From the NCBI RefSeq assembly GCF_964213995.1, contig NW_027590119.1, forward strand, positions 2,294,001-2,358,000: 64,000 nt of DNA, written 5' to 3'. Position numbers and translations under genes: made by a program. Of the stretch, positions 1 through 11,472 are shown one piece after another (position 1 is the first letter of the stretch; the number at the start of each line of letters is the position of its first letter). Source of the stretch: Mustelus asterias (lineage: Eukaryota). The notes under the pieces are model-generated. The model did not search any database. It was not told the DNA's origin and saw only the letters and a list, made by a program, of their open reading frames with translations.

Positions 1-190
1 CCTTTGTGAAAACTAAAGCAAAGTACAAATTTAATCCCTCAGCCATTTCTTTATTCCCCGTTATGAATTCTCCCATTTCTAACATTCGTTTTTGTCAATC
101 TTCTTCTCTTTACATATCTATAGAAACTTTTACAGTCAGTTTTTATGTTCCCTGCCAGCTTACTTCCATACTCCAATGTTCCCTGGGAGT
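1..190 (-). mobile_element. CR1/HER1 LINE ORF2 fragment
   Basis: Minus-strand translation EYGSKLAGNIKTDCKSFYRYVKRRR resembles CR1 ORF2. Confidence 0.75.
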
Positions 191-194
191 GGGT

Positions 195-680
195 GAAGCT
201 GTTTAAAACCTGTTGATCAGCCTGCTGTGCGATCCGGTCACTAGGACCCGGTTGGGAGCATAAAACGCTGAAGCCCACACCCACTCATTGTTGCGTCATC
301 AAGACACCAGCGCATGCGCTCCGCTCCCTGCTGAATCAAGATGGCGGCTGTTAACCTGAGCCTCGTCCCGGGAAAAAGACCCAAAGCTGCAAGCACGGGA
401 CCTGCGGATTACTATTAGAGGTTTGAGACCTTCGCCAGATATTTAGAAACCCTCTCCGTCCATCTGCCGGTTCCAATCCTCCCTCCATGTATCCGCATCC
501 TTACCGGTTGCTGATGAGACAAAGGAATGTCTCTCCCCATTGCCATCATTCACGCTGCGCATGCGCCACACACTGCCTGACTGCGGATGCGCAGCTCTCT
601 CCCGTGCTGTGGATAGGGGACATTCACCACCGCGACGAATGGTGGGTAAGGCGCACGTCATGGAGACGCCTCATTTGTGA
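195..680. promoter_or_regulatory. CpG-island ZNF promoter (NRF1, YY1, CRE-like sites)
   Basis: GCGCATGCGC at ~311 and ~557, AAGATGGCGGC at ~338, TGCGTCA at ~292; reverse-complement homologue of 37450-37825. Confidence 0.7.
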
Positions 681-846
681 ACAGTGAGCTTTTTCTGCTG
701 CGATGTGAAAATTAGGGACAGTGATGCAGTCATTAGGAATCAAATTATACTGTAATCTAAGTACTCAAGGCATTCCTTATCCACCAAAAAGTAAGGGAAT
801 GGAAATTCTCGACCGAAATATCTGAAATTGATAATAAAGGGGAAGT

Positions 847-1672
847 CATAGAGGTTTACAGCATGGAAACAGGCCCTTCGGCCCAACTTGTCCATGCCGC
901 CCATTTTTTAAAAAACCCCTAAGCTAATCCCAATTGCCCGCATTTGGCCCATATCCCTCGATACCCATCATACCCATGTAACTATCTACATGCTTTTTAA
1001 AAGACAAAATTGTACCCGCCTCTACTACTATCTCTGGCAGCTTGTTCCAGACACCTACCACCCTCTGTGTGAAAAAATTGCCCCTCTGAAACTTTTGTAT
1101 TTCTCCCTTCTCACCTTAAACCTATGCCCTCTAGTTTTAGACTCCCCTACCTTTGGGAAAAGATATTGACTATCTAGCTGATCTGTGCCCCTCATCATTT
1201 TACAGACCTCTATAAGCTCACCCCTCAGCCTCCTACGCTCCAGACAAAAAAGTCCCAGTCTATCCAGCCTCTCCTTGTAACTCAAACCATCAGGTCCCGG
1301 TAGCATTGCAGTAAATCTTTTCTGCACTCTTTCTAGTTTAATCATATCCTTTCTATAATAGGGTGACCAGAATTGCACACAGTATTCCAAGTGTGGCCTT
1401 ACCAATGTCTTGTACAACTTCAACAAGACATTCCAACTCCTGTATTCAATGTTCTGACCAATGAAACCAAGCATGCCGAATGCCTTCTTCACCACTCTGT
1501 CCACCTGTGACTCCACTTTCAAGGAGCTATGAACATGTACCCCTAGATATCTTTGCTCTGTAACTCTCCCCAACGCCCTACCGTTAACTGAGTAAGTCCT
1601 GCCCTGGTTCAATCTACCAAAATGCATCACCTCACATTTGTCTAAATTCCATCTGCCATTCGTCAGCCCACT
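847..1672 (-). mobile_element. CR1/HER1 LINE 3' part
   Basis: ORF 1055..1630 with LYKTLVRPHLEYCVQFWSP and LERVQKRF motifs, followed by a CR1 3' UTR. Confidence 0.9.
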
Positions 1673-1861
1673 GCCGTATCTTTAATGAACATCAACACGC
1701 AAAAATGGAACTTGATGACTTTTAAACAGCTCGCCCTCTTGACATAGAAGTGTCATAATGGGAAATGTGTGTGATGGATAGAGCGGTTTCTGGGGCACAG
1801 GGGATTGTGGGATCCACGGCCCCATTAAACAGCAGCTATTGGTATGTGTTTTATTAGAGAA

Positions 1862-1985
1862 GCATCAGTGACTGCAAACATTAACTCTGTTTCTGTCTCC
1901 ATAGATGCTGTCTAACCTGATGAGTATTTCCAACATTTTCTCTTTTCATTTCAGATTTCCAGCAGCTGCAGTGTTTTGATTTTGT
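1862..1985 (+). mobile_element. Penelope-like family 2 terminal fragment
   Basis: ctctgtttctgtctccatagatgctg...ttcagatttccagca matches 39085-39185 and 26470-26500. Confidence 0.55.
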
Positions 1986-2120
1986 TTAGTTGAAGGCGTT
2001 GCTCATGGAAACGAGTCTAGAAACAAATGGACCATTTAAAGCTGTGTTTCAAGTAAGGAAAAAGTCATTCTGTCAGGGATTTTCATTAAATTTACATTTA
2101 GAAAAATTTCAAATTTTTCA

Positions 2121-2182
2121 GTGTGTGGGAAGGGATTCAGTCATTCATCCACAATGCTGAGGCACCAGCAAGTTCACAACTG
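2121..2182 (+). pseudogene. Isolated terminal C2H2 finger remnant
   Basis: Translates as VCGKGFSHSSTMLRHQQVHN. Confidence 0.65.
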
Positions 2183-2420
2183 GAACATGTACATTACTAG
2201 AATTACCAGCAATTGGCTAAACCTCCTTTGGCCGCACCTTCCAAAACTACAAACCTCTCCTCCAACATGGATAAGGGCAGTTTGTGCATGGAGACCCCAT
2301 AACCTGCATTTACTCTTCAGAATCATGCACTATTCTGACTTGGTAGTATACTGCTCTGCCTTCACAATCATTCGGCCAAAATCCTAAAACTTATTTCCGA
2401 GCAACACAGTACAGTGGCTC

Positions 2421-2620
2421 AGGGTGACACAGTGGTCAGCACTGTTGTCTCACAGCACCAGGGACCCGGGGTTCGATTCCAGCTTTGGGTGACTGTCTGT
2501 GTGGAATTTGCACATTCTCTCTGTGACTGCATGAGTTTCCTTCAGGTGCTCCGGTTTCCTCCCACACCCCAAAGGTGTACAGGTTAGGTGGATTAGCTAT
2601 GCTAAATTGCCCCTTAAATG
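2421..2620 (+). mobile_element. HE1-type V-SINE (tRNA-derived)
   Basis: A/B-box head (GGTTCGATTCC) and V-domain ggtgctccggtttcctcccaca. Confidence 0.85.
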
Positions 2621-3031
2621 CAGGAGGTTACAGGTTACCTCAGGATTACAAGTTGTTTTGAGATTGAAAGCGACATTTGGAGGTGATAGTTTTCCTGCGT
2701 CCTTTGAGTTGGTGAAGGTTGCGGTTTGGCAGGTTCTGTCAGTTCTTGTCCAGTTGTAGATGTATAAAATCCTTACCGTTCATTCCCTCCCTGTTTCATC
2801 TCTATCTTTCTCCTCTCATTGAGGCTGAATTCTTGTGTAGATCTGGATGGGTGACAGGTTTCCTGCATTGAAGGACATTAACAAACCATTTGGGTTTTTA
2901 ATCACAATCCAGCAGCTTCCGGAGTCACTTCTTCCTTGTGCCGGCTCCACAAATTACCAGATTCATTCAGCTCAATTTCACAACCTGCCTTTGTGTTTAT
3001 CACTGTTTTTTTCTCCTCTTTTAAATTAATT

Positions 3032-3440
3032 TGCAGCCTCGAGAAATCCATGAGCCATGTACGTATTCAGTGTGAGAGATTGCAACCCCTGAAGGAGCTG
3101 CTTCTCCACTTTTAGTTACAATTCTGTCCTGCCCCACGCTCCTGTTCGTTGACTGCCCAGTGTGGAGGAGACTGGGGAGGTCAGAGGATCTTTTCCTGGA
3201 CCTGTTCTTGGGGCTGGTTAAAACAGTAATTTGTAGTTCAGCAGAGGGTAACTTGGCTGTGGTTCTTCTGTGGTTTCACAGTAACTTCATTACAGTGTTA
3301 CTGTCAGCCTTACTTGTGACTAATAAAAATAAACGTTAACTTTCTTGTCCGTGCTCGTGTGGTCCTGGAGAGGGAGCAGACAGTGTCGACTGGAACACTC
3401 GATATCTTCCACAACTCAGGGTACAGAGTGTCTCACAAAC
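3032..3440 (+). mobile_element. Tx1-clade LINE 3' fragment, interrupted by a SINE tail
   Basis: Decayed HVxxxCERLQPL...LFLGLVK C-terminus; second copy at 37845-37960. Confidence 0.5.
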
Positions 3441-3877
3441 ACCGGAAACAAAGTTCTGGTTTAGTTCAGATGGAAGTTCGATTGGACCACAAGATTGGAG
3501 AAACAAGATTTGAAATAATATTCCATGGAAACTAGAATTGTTTGTTCTGAATTTCTATCCTGTACTGACAGTGATACTGACTCTGTCAATGTCTTTTACA
3601 AGGTCCACAAGGGCGATGAATTGCAGATGGGAAACTGAAACCAAACATCACATCAAGATCTGACAGAGTCACTCAATTCATCAGAACCTGAATATCATCT
3701 ACCTTTAAATGTGGAAGGAGAAATGTTTGTCTGTTCTGGCGGTGGGAAACAATTTCAAACATCAGTGTGACTGGAAAAGCACTGAGACACAGACCTGAGT
3801 GAGAGTGAACTGACTGGAAAGAGCTTTAACCAGTTACACAGCCTGAAAGAAACATCACACCATTCACAGCAGAGAAC

Positions 3878-4020
3878 CATAAGATCATAAGAATTAGGAT
3901 CAGGATTAGGCCATTGGACCCATCGAGTCTGCTCCTCCATTCAAGGAGATCACGGCTGATCTGATATGACAATCCAATTTTCTGCCTTGTCCCATAACCC
4001 TTAATAGCCTTACTTAGAAG
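3878..4020 (-). mobile_element. CR1 3' end inserted in the ZNF 5' leader
   Basis: cataagatcataagaa tail and CR1 3' UTR. Confidence 0.75.
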
Positions 4021-4073
4021 CAATACACATGTTGTGTGTGGACAAGGCTTGAACAGATAAGAACACCTGCACC

Positions 4074-5063
4074 ATGGAGAAACCATGGAAATGTGGGGAC
4101 TGTGGGAAGGGATTCAGTTACCCATCGCTGCTGGAAATGCATCGGCGCAGTCACACTGGGGAGAGACCATTCACCTGCTCCATGTGCGGGAAAGGATTCA
4201 TTCAGTCATCCCACCTGCTGACCCACCAGCAAGTTCACATTGAAGAGAGGCTTTTTAACCATGCTGACGGTGATCACAACTCTAAAAGCCCTGAGGACCT
4301 GGTCATGCACCAATCTATTCACACCGAGAAACAGTTCTGCTGCTCTTACTGTGGGAAGTTATTTAAGCGATCACAGAATCTCATTGAACACAAACGCACT
4401 CACACTGGGGAAAGGCCGTTCACCTGCTCTGTGTGTGGGAAGGGATTCACACGATCATCCCACCTCGCTACACACCGACTGGTTCACACTGATAACAGAC
4501 CTTTCAAATGTACTGAATGTGCGAAGAGTTATAAAACCACAAGTGATCTGCTGATACACCAGCGAGTTCACAACAAGGAGAGGCCATTCAGATGTACAGT
4601 GTGTGGGAAGGGATTCACTCTGTTATCCAGCCTCCAGAAACACCAGCGAGTTCACACCGGGGAGAGGTCGTTCACCTGCTCCTTGTGTGGAAAAGGATTC
4701 ATTTATTTAACCAGCCTCAGATCACACCAACTTGTTCACTCGGATAAGAAACCTTTCAAATGTTCTGAATGTGAGAAGAGCTTTAAGACCTCAAGTGTTC
4801 TGCTGAGACACCAGCAAGTTCACTCCGGGGAGAGACCGTTCACCTGCTCTGACTGTGAAAAGGGATTCACTCGCTCATCCAACCTGCAAACACACCAGCA
4901 CATTCACACCGGGGAGAAACTGTTCACTTGCTCTGAGTGCGGGAAGGGATTTTCTCACTCATCCCACCTGCTGAGACACCAACACACTCACAATGGAGAG
5001 AGACCGTTCACCTTCTCTGAGTGTGAGATGGAATTCACTCAGTCAACCCATCTTCTAAATTGA
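4074..5063 (+). CDS. C2H2 zinc-finger protein (10 intact fingers, class A MEKPWKC start)
   Basis: Tandem CxxC-12-HxxxH repeats with TGERPF linkers; Kozak gcaccATGG. Confidence 0.9.
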   Translation: MEKPWKCGDCGKGFSYPSLLEMHRRSHTGERPFTCSMCGKGFIQSSHLLTHQQVHIEERLFNHADGDHNSKSPEDLVMHQSIHTEKQFCCSYCGKLFKRSQNLIEHKRTHTGERPFTCSVCGKGFTRSSHLATHRLVHTDNRPFKCTECAKSYKTTSDLLIHQRVHNKERPFRCTVCGKGFTLLSSLQKHQRVHTGERSFTCSLCGKGFIYLTSLRSHQLVHSDKKPFKCSECEKSFKTSSVLLRHQQVHSGERPFTCSDCEKGFTRSSNLQTHQHIHTGEKLFTCSECGKGFSHSSHLLRHQHTHNGERPFTFSECEMEFTQSTHLLN

Positions 5064-5479
5064 CAAATGTCTGGAGGGGTTGGATTCTGTTGTTATTGCG
5101 GCTGTCAATCACATCCAGGACTGAACCGTGTTCATTCTGACAGTTGGAGTTTGTTTTTGCTAATGTTAGTGATCGCTATAACTGGGCTGAAGTTTAATAC
5201 TCTGGATAAATGTCAACTGAACTAATATTGTTTAAGACACAAAGCCGGCATCTTCATTTCTCCAGGATAAGAACAGATTAATCAATGTCTTGTTGCATTT
5301 TTGTGGCCTTTTCTCCTTTCTAACTCTATATTATTTCAGTTCTCATACCTTCAGTTACTCTCATGGACAAGTCCCAGCTCCCCATACCTTCCAGAGTGTC
5401 TTTCCTGGCATCGGAGCCCAGGGAAGGTATCAGTAACACATCCGCGATCACAAAAGATAAATCACAGTTGTTTGCACTG

Positions 5480-5748
5480 ATCCCCAATCATTGAGGATGG
5501 TGATATTTGTGGAGCTTTCTCTCTCTGTGATTTGTTTAATTGTCCCCACCATTCACGACTGGATGTGGGGGGACTGCAGCTTTGATCTGATCCGTTGTTT
5601 GTGGGATCGCTTGGCCCTGCCTGGAACATGCTGCCTCTGCAGTTCAGCGTGCTTATAGTCCCATGTTACAGAGTAACCAGGTTGGAATCTCAGTTTTAGG
5701 GTGCCCAGTGCTGCTCCTGACTTGTTCTCCTACACTCCATGTTGAACT
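5480..5748 (-). mobile_element. CR1/L2-group LINE ORF2 fragment
   Basis: Minus-strand decayed reading frame FNMECRR...KLRFQPG resembling LINE ORF2. Confidence 0.5.
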
Positions 5749-5749
5749 A

Positions 5750-6103
5750 GGGGAGGTGATGACTTGGTGGTATTATTGCTGAACTATTAATCCAGAAACT
5801 CAGCTAATGATTTGGGGACTGGGTTTCGAATCCTGCCACATCAGTTGGTGGAATTTGAATTCAATAAAAAATCTGGAATTAAGAATTTACTGATGACCAT
5901 AAAACCATTGTTGATTATCGTAAAAAACCCATCTGGTTCACTAATGCCCTTTAGGGAAGGAAATCTGCTCTCCTTACCCTGTCTGGCCTACATGTGACTC
6001 CCTCTGAAATGGCCTCGCAAGTCACTCAGCTCAAGGGCAACAAGGACTAGACCATAAATGCTGGCCATCCAGCAATGCCCATTTCCCACGAATTAATAAA
6101 AAA
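5750..6103 (+). mobile_element. LF-SINE-like SINE
   Basis: tRNA-like head, ctggttcactaatgccctttagggaaggaaatctg core, A-rich end. Confidence 0.8.
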
Positions 6104-6179
6104 GGATTTCAAGTTGAGGACTCCCAGGATGACTCCCTTGCACTGTCCACCTCTGTGCTGCTCCCTCTACTCAGGTCTG

Positions 6180-7340
6180 AACTGCTGGTAGGACAGCACA
6201 TTTTGGCAGGAAGGATAAAAGGGAAGCAGATTATCTAAATGGTGAGAGATTGTAGAGCTCTGAGATGCAGAGGGATCTGAGTGTTCTAGAGATTGAATAA
6301 ACTGGGATTGTTCTCCCTGGAAAGATGGAGGCTGAGGCTCGACCTGATAGACGTTTATAAAATGATGAGGGGTGTGGATAGGGTGAACATTTGGGACCTT
6401 TTTCCCAGGGCAGAAATGACAATTACAAGGCAGCACAAGTTCAAGATAAGGGGGAAAGGTTCATTGGAGATGTGCGGGGAAGTCTTTTTACACAGAGGGT
6501 GGTGGGGGCCTGGAATGCACTGCCAAGTGAGGTGGTTGAGGCAGATACGTTAGTGACATTTAACACTTATCTGGATAGACACATGAACAGATGGGGAATA
6601 GAGGGATATAAGCGGTTGGTCTCGATAGGACAATGTGATCAGTGTTGGCCGAAGGGCCTGTCCCTGTTCTTTGTTCTTTGCATGAATCACAAAAAGCTTG
6701 TCAGCAGGTAAAGCAAGTAATTAGGAAAGCTATCATTTGTGAGGGGAATTGATTACATAAATATGGAGGTTATGCTTCAGTTATCCAGAGCACCAGTGAG
6801 ACCACATCTGGAGTACGGTGTACAGTATTGGTCATCTTGTTTAAGCAAGGATGTAAATACATTGGAAGCAGTCGATTGACCAGACTAATGTCAGAAATGT
6901 GTGGATTATGGGTAAAGCTTGGACAGGCTTGGTTTGTGTCTGCTGGAGTTTAGAAGAGTAAGATAAATTTGATCGAAACATAGAAGATCCTGAAGGGTCT
7001 TGACAGGTTGATGTGGAAAGGATGTTTCCTTTTGTGTGAGAATCGAGAGCGAGAGGTCCCTGTTTAAAAATAAGGGTTCGCACATTTAAAACGGAGATGA
7101 GGTGAAATATTTTCTTTCAGAGGGTCGTGAACCTCTGGAACACTCTTCTGAAAAGACGGTGGAAGCAGAGTCTTTGAATATTTTTAAGGCAGATGTAGAT
7201 AGATTCTTGGCAAGCAAGTGGGCGATAGATTATTGGGGGTAGGCAGGATGCAAATTTAAGGTTACTATCAGATCAGCCCTGATCTGATTAAATGGTGGAG
7301 CAGACTCAAGGGACCAAATAGCCGAATCCTGCTCCTTGTT
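6180..7340 (+). mobile_element. Nested or adjacent CR1 LINE 3' fragments
   Basis: LGLFSLERWRLRLDLIDVYK and FTQRVVGAWNALP motifs; two CR1 3' UTRs. Confidence 0.85.
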
Positions 7341-7696
7341 CCTGTGAGACATTGGCAGTAAGATATGATTCAAAGTATGTCTGTGTCAGCCTGTTGCTTG
7401 ACTGAACTTTGACTGTCGGAATGGTCATATTTAATAGTTTGTAGCTTAGTTATGTGTAATGATCAAGTAATTGAAGCTTATTAATCAATTAACCTGATGT
7501 GATATTCTGCTGAATTGTAATACGTTAGTATCATGTAACTGGCTTTGTCTGTAACTGCATCCTTATTTGACAAGTGAAATACATCACATGACCCGAGGCC
7601 GGTGTAAAGCTACACTTTTATACTTTAATTACAGAGTCCTGTGGATCCCATCAACTCTGGATGAGCTGAGGTCTGGAACTGTTAACCCCTCAGTGT

Positions 7697-7997
7697 CTCA
7701 CAGCTTGCCTCCTGGACTTGCAGAATCTCACTGGCTGTCCTGTCTGGAGACAATACACATCTCTTTAACCTGTGCTTAATGCTCCCTCCACTCACATTGT
7801 CTGTATCTTTAAGACCTGGTTGGCTGTAGAGATTCGCATTCTAATCAGTATTCTGTAACTTGATTTTGTCTCTCTGTGCACTGTTTGAGAGCACATTTCC
7901 ACTCCATCTGATGAAGGAGTAGTGCTCTGAAAGCTAATGGCATTTGCTGCCAAATAAACCTGTTGGACTTTAACCTGGTGTTGTTAAACTCTTACTG
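7697..7997 (+). mobile_element. Penelope-like family 1 3' UTR/pLTR
   Basis: Homologous to 53325-53623, which follows a GIY-YIG ORF. Confidence 0.8.
7904..7940 (+). ncRNA. Minimal type I hammerhead ribozyme
   Basis: ccat-CTGATGA-a-ggagt-agt-gctct-GAAA-gc-TA-atgg. Confidence 0.7.
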
Positions 7998-10179
7998 CAG
8001 TCACTACAAAAACCAGCAAGTAGTTTCTTTAATCAAAATATACTGATAGTCACCTGCCCCAATGAGAACTCTAAAAGGTCGACACATCAATGAGACATTT
8101 GAAACAATGAACCCAAATGTTAACCATTGGGATTTGACACCATAAACTTGCTTATTTCAAATAAGTGACAAAGAAGATATCTTTAGGTCTCCATTATCTC
8201 AGTATAAAGCCATAAAATTTAATAAAATCACAGAAAAGGCACATGGGGCAAACTCCGGAAGTAACTGATACATTAGAGGGCCAGTCGGGAGATTGCAGGA
8301 AATGGTCAGTAGATGACCATCACCATTAAGAAACCAATCAGAAACTGATTACACACCATCTAAATCAATCAGGGACTGATCATGGTGAACCAGAGTTCAG
8401 GAACACCATTGATCGTGCACAGGGGCTGTGTCTAGAAATGGTTAATAACCATCAGCTTTCAGCTGCCCAGTTCACAGCTCAGAGAAGCTGAGCAGGAAGA
8501 AGATAGACAACAATCAACAGAACAAGAAACAGTGCCGCAGTCGGCTGGAAGTTGTGCGCCAGAGTTACAAAGTGAACTGACTGCTTCCACTGTCTTTGTA
8601 AAGTTTTGCATTTTGTACTTATGTGATTAACTTAGTAAATTCTGTAAAGCTTGGAACAATATTTGCACCCAGTATGGTCCTGTAGCTAGTTGTAAATGAA
8701 AGTCCCTTTTAGATCAGCTCTCCCAACTAAACCCAACAACTGTAATTGACTCTAAGTCTTACATTTAAGTTGAGGTGAACCCACGTCTTTCAGAAAATCT
8801 CTGCCAACTTTGGCACAAGCCCCCAGCTGTTAGCCAGGAATTCTTTGCAGGATTAACTTGGGAACAGTGTGCTTTTATCATTTCTGGAACCTAGGTCAAT
8901 GCGGGGTGGTCAGTCTGGTTTTATCATTGACTCTTCTGTAGCAATTTGACACAACTGAATAGCTTGCTCAGGATAGAGAGCTCTGAATCTATTGTATTAC
9001 CTCTGTTCTGCAGAACAAGTAACTATACTCTGTCTATTATTGCAGTGCTGTAATAAAGTCAGTTAAAGACAATCGGTTGTTGGGAGTTTGATTATCTGAT
9101 GTATGAAACCACAAGATTCAATATTTAGAGTCAACAAGATGAACAAGGAAACACATCAGGGCCCAAAACTCCAGCTGGATATTCACAGGAGAAAGTCTGT
9201 TACCCAACATCTTGAGTGGACAGAACAGAGAAAGGTCCCAACTGTAAGAAACCCTCCAAACATTTGTAAATATATTTCAAATGTTGACAGGTCCCAACTC
9301 CCAGTTTCCATTAAATTGAAATCAATGAAAGATCTGAGACAGACAGTTGGGTTGAAAGCAGTGCGGGGCCCACATGGACTGAGAAACCAAATCCAGGGAC
9401 CACTTACACCGAGACACCAAATCCAGGCAGCATTTGCGCTTTGAAGTTGATTTATCAGGTAGAAGTTGTTTGCAATAAATCCCCAATTTTAAATTAAATC
9501 TACAATATTTAACTATCTGGCCAGAATGAACATTCTAATTGGTAAATTCAGATGATTTATTAACCATTAAAAGGTAGAAAGGTAACAAGTTAGAAAGATA
9601 AAAAGCAAAGTTTGAATTAACAGTGATTGACAGGAGGAGGAGAAAGCTCATCTTTAACAATGAAACAGACTTCTCACAACTTTCCTCGGTTGATCAGGCC
9701 AAAGACGTGAAATGATCATCAGACATGATACATGTTAACAGAATGGCTACTCAAAACCTTTATTTTAACCCCTTCAACTCACATTTGCTTAACTCAAATT
9801 AGCCTCAGTGTTGAATGATAATTGATTAACTTAATTGTCTGATTGGCCCCTGACACCTACTGGCATCTCCTGATGTCTGAGTACAAAGGTCTACTGAATA
9901 AATGAGACAGCTTGGGTAAGGTCCCATTTATTCCCAACTTAATGTAACTTGTCAAAGCCATAAATGTTTTGTGAGCTCGACCTTATCTTTCTAGATTGGC
10001 TGGAAAACATAATTTGACAGTTCTCATGATTTATGACCAGTGTACGTAAAATCATATTATTTATTATAATAAAACATTACAGACTTTGTGTTACAGGTTA
10101 TATTACCAGTCTGACAAGTACAACTATTAAGTGCTGATTCTTCAATTGTCTCAGAATGAAGGTTCTTCACTTCACCAAT

Positions 10180-10483
10180 ATGAGGATGTTAACCCGAGGG
10201 TCCCGTCTGCTCTCTGAGGTGAAAGATCACACAGCTTCTATTTGGAAGGAGAGCAGGGAGCTCACCCTGCTGAAACCAATATTACCCCTCACCCAATCTC
10301 ACTGAAAACAGAACACTGCTCATTATCACATTGTTGATGTGGTTTACCCCACTGAAACCAATATGACCCCTCACCCAATCTCCCTAAAAACAGATCACTG
10401 CCCCTCATCACATTGCTGCTTGTGGAGGCTGACTGCGCACAGAGATGTCCTGAGGTTGTGAAAGGTGCTATATGAATGCAAAT
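10180..10483 (+). mobile_element. Deu-domain SINE (SacSINE1/AmnSINE-like) with L2-type tail
   Basis: tgaggatgttaacccgagg...aaagatc...gaaggagagcaggg core; gttgtgaaaggtgctatatgaatgcaa tail; small internal duplication. Confidence 0.6.
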
Positions 10484-10604
10484 TCTGTCGACTCCAGCCC
10501 AGTTACTGTACTTTGCAGCAACATCATCAACACTTCCCCAATGTCAGAATGAACAAGGTTCAGTCCTGAATCTGATTAACAACAGCAGAATCAGAGCAGA
10601 GCCG

Positions 10605-11472
10605 TCATCTGTGAACTCGCTGGTGTTTCACCAGATTGGATGATTCGGTAAATCTCTTCCCGCACTCGGAGCAGGTGAACGGCCTCTCCCCAGTGTGAAT
10701 GTGCTGGTGTGTCAGCAGGTGGGATGATCGTGCAAATCCCTTTCCACACTCGGAGCAGGTGAACGGCCTCACCTCAGTGTGAATTTGTTGGTGTGTCAGC
10801 AGGTTGGAGGACTGACTGAATCCCTTCCCACACTTGGAGCAGATGAACGGCTTCTCCCCAGTGTGAACTCGCTGATGTACAGTGAGATGAGATGATCGCC
10901 TGAACCCAGTCCCACAGTGAGAGCACTGGAACGGTCTCTCCTCAGTGTGAACAAGCTGATGGGACATCAGTTCACCAGAACTTTTAAAGCACTTCCCACA
11001 CTCTGGACATTTAAAAGGTCTCTTGTCAGTGTGAACTCGTTGGTGTGTCTGAAGGTGGGTTGCTGTCCTGAAACTCTTCCCACACTAAGCAGCTGAACAG
11101 TGTGTACTCGGTGTGAATGCGCTGGTGCTCCCTCAGTCTGTGTGGGCTTTTAAAGCTCTTCTCACAACTGGAGCATTGAAACTCTCTCTTGTCAGTGTGA
11201 ACTTGCTGGTGTTTCAGCAGGTGGGATGAGCGAGTGAATCCGTTTCCACACACCGAGCAGGTGAACGGCCTCTCCCCGGTGTGGAGTCGCTCATGCAGCT
11301 GAAGGCAGATGAACTGAGCGAATCTCTTCCCACATACGGAACAAATGAACGGCCTCTCCCCGGTGTGTCTGCGTCGATGAATTTCCAGCTCAGATGGGGA
11401 TCTGAATCCCTTCCCACAATCCACACATTTCCACGGTTTCTCCCTGGTGTGAACGGTGCTTTTTGCTTCCAT
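10605..11472 (-). pseudogene. Class B C2H2 ZNF gene with a 2-bp frameshift near 11085
   Basis: ORFs 11026..11571 and 10605..10967 join into about 10 fingers if 2 nt are restored inside one CxxC. Confidence 0.75.

Larger units (their letters stand above)
7343..8791. mobile_element. Possible solo LTR containing the Penelope end
   Basis: TGTGAGAC...GTCTTTCA imperfect inverted termini; no TSD seen. Confidence 0.25.
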
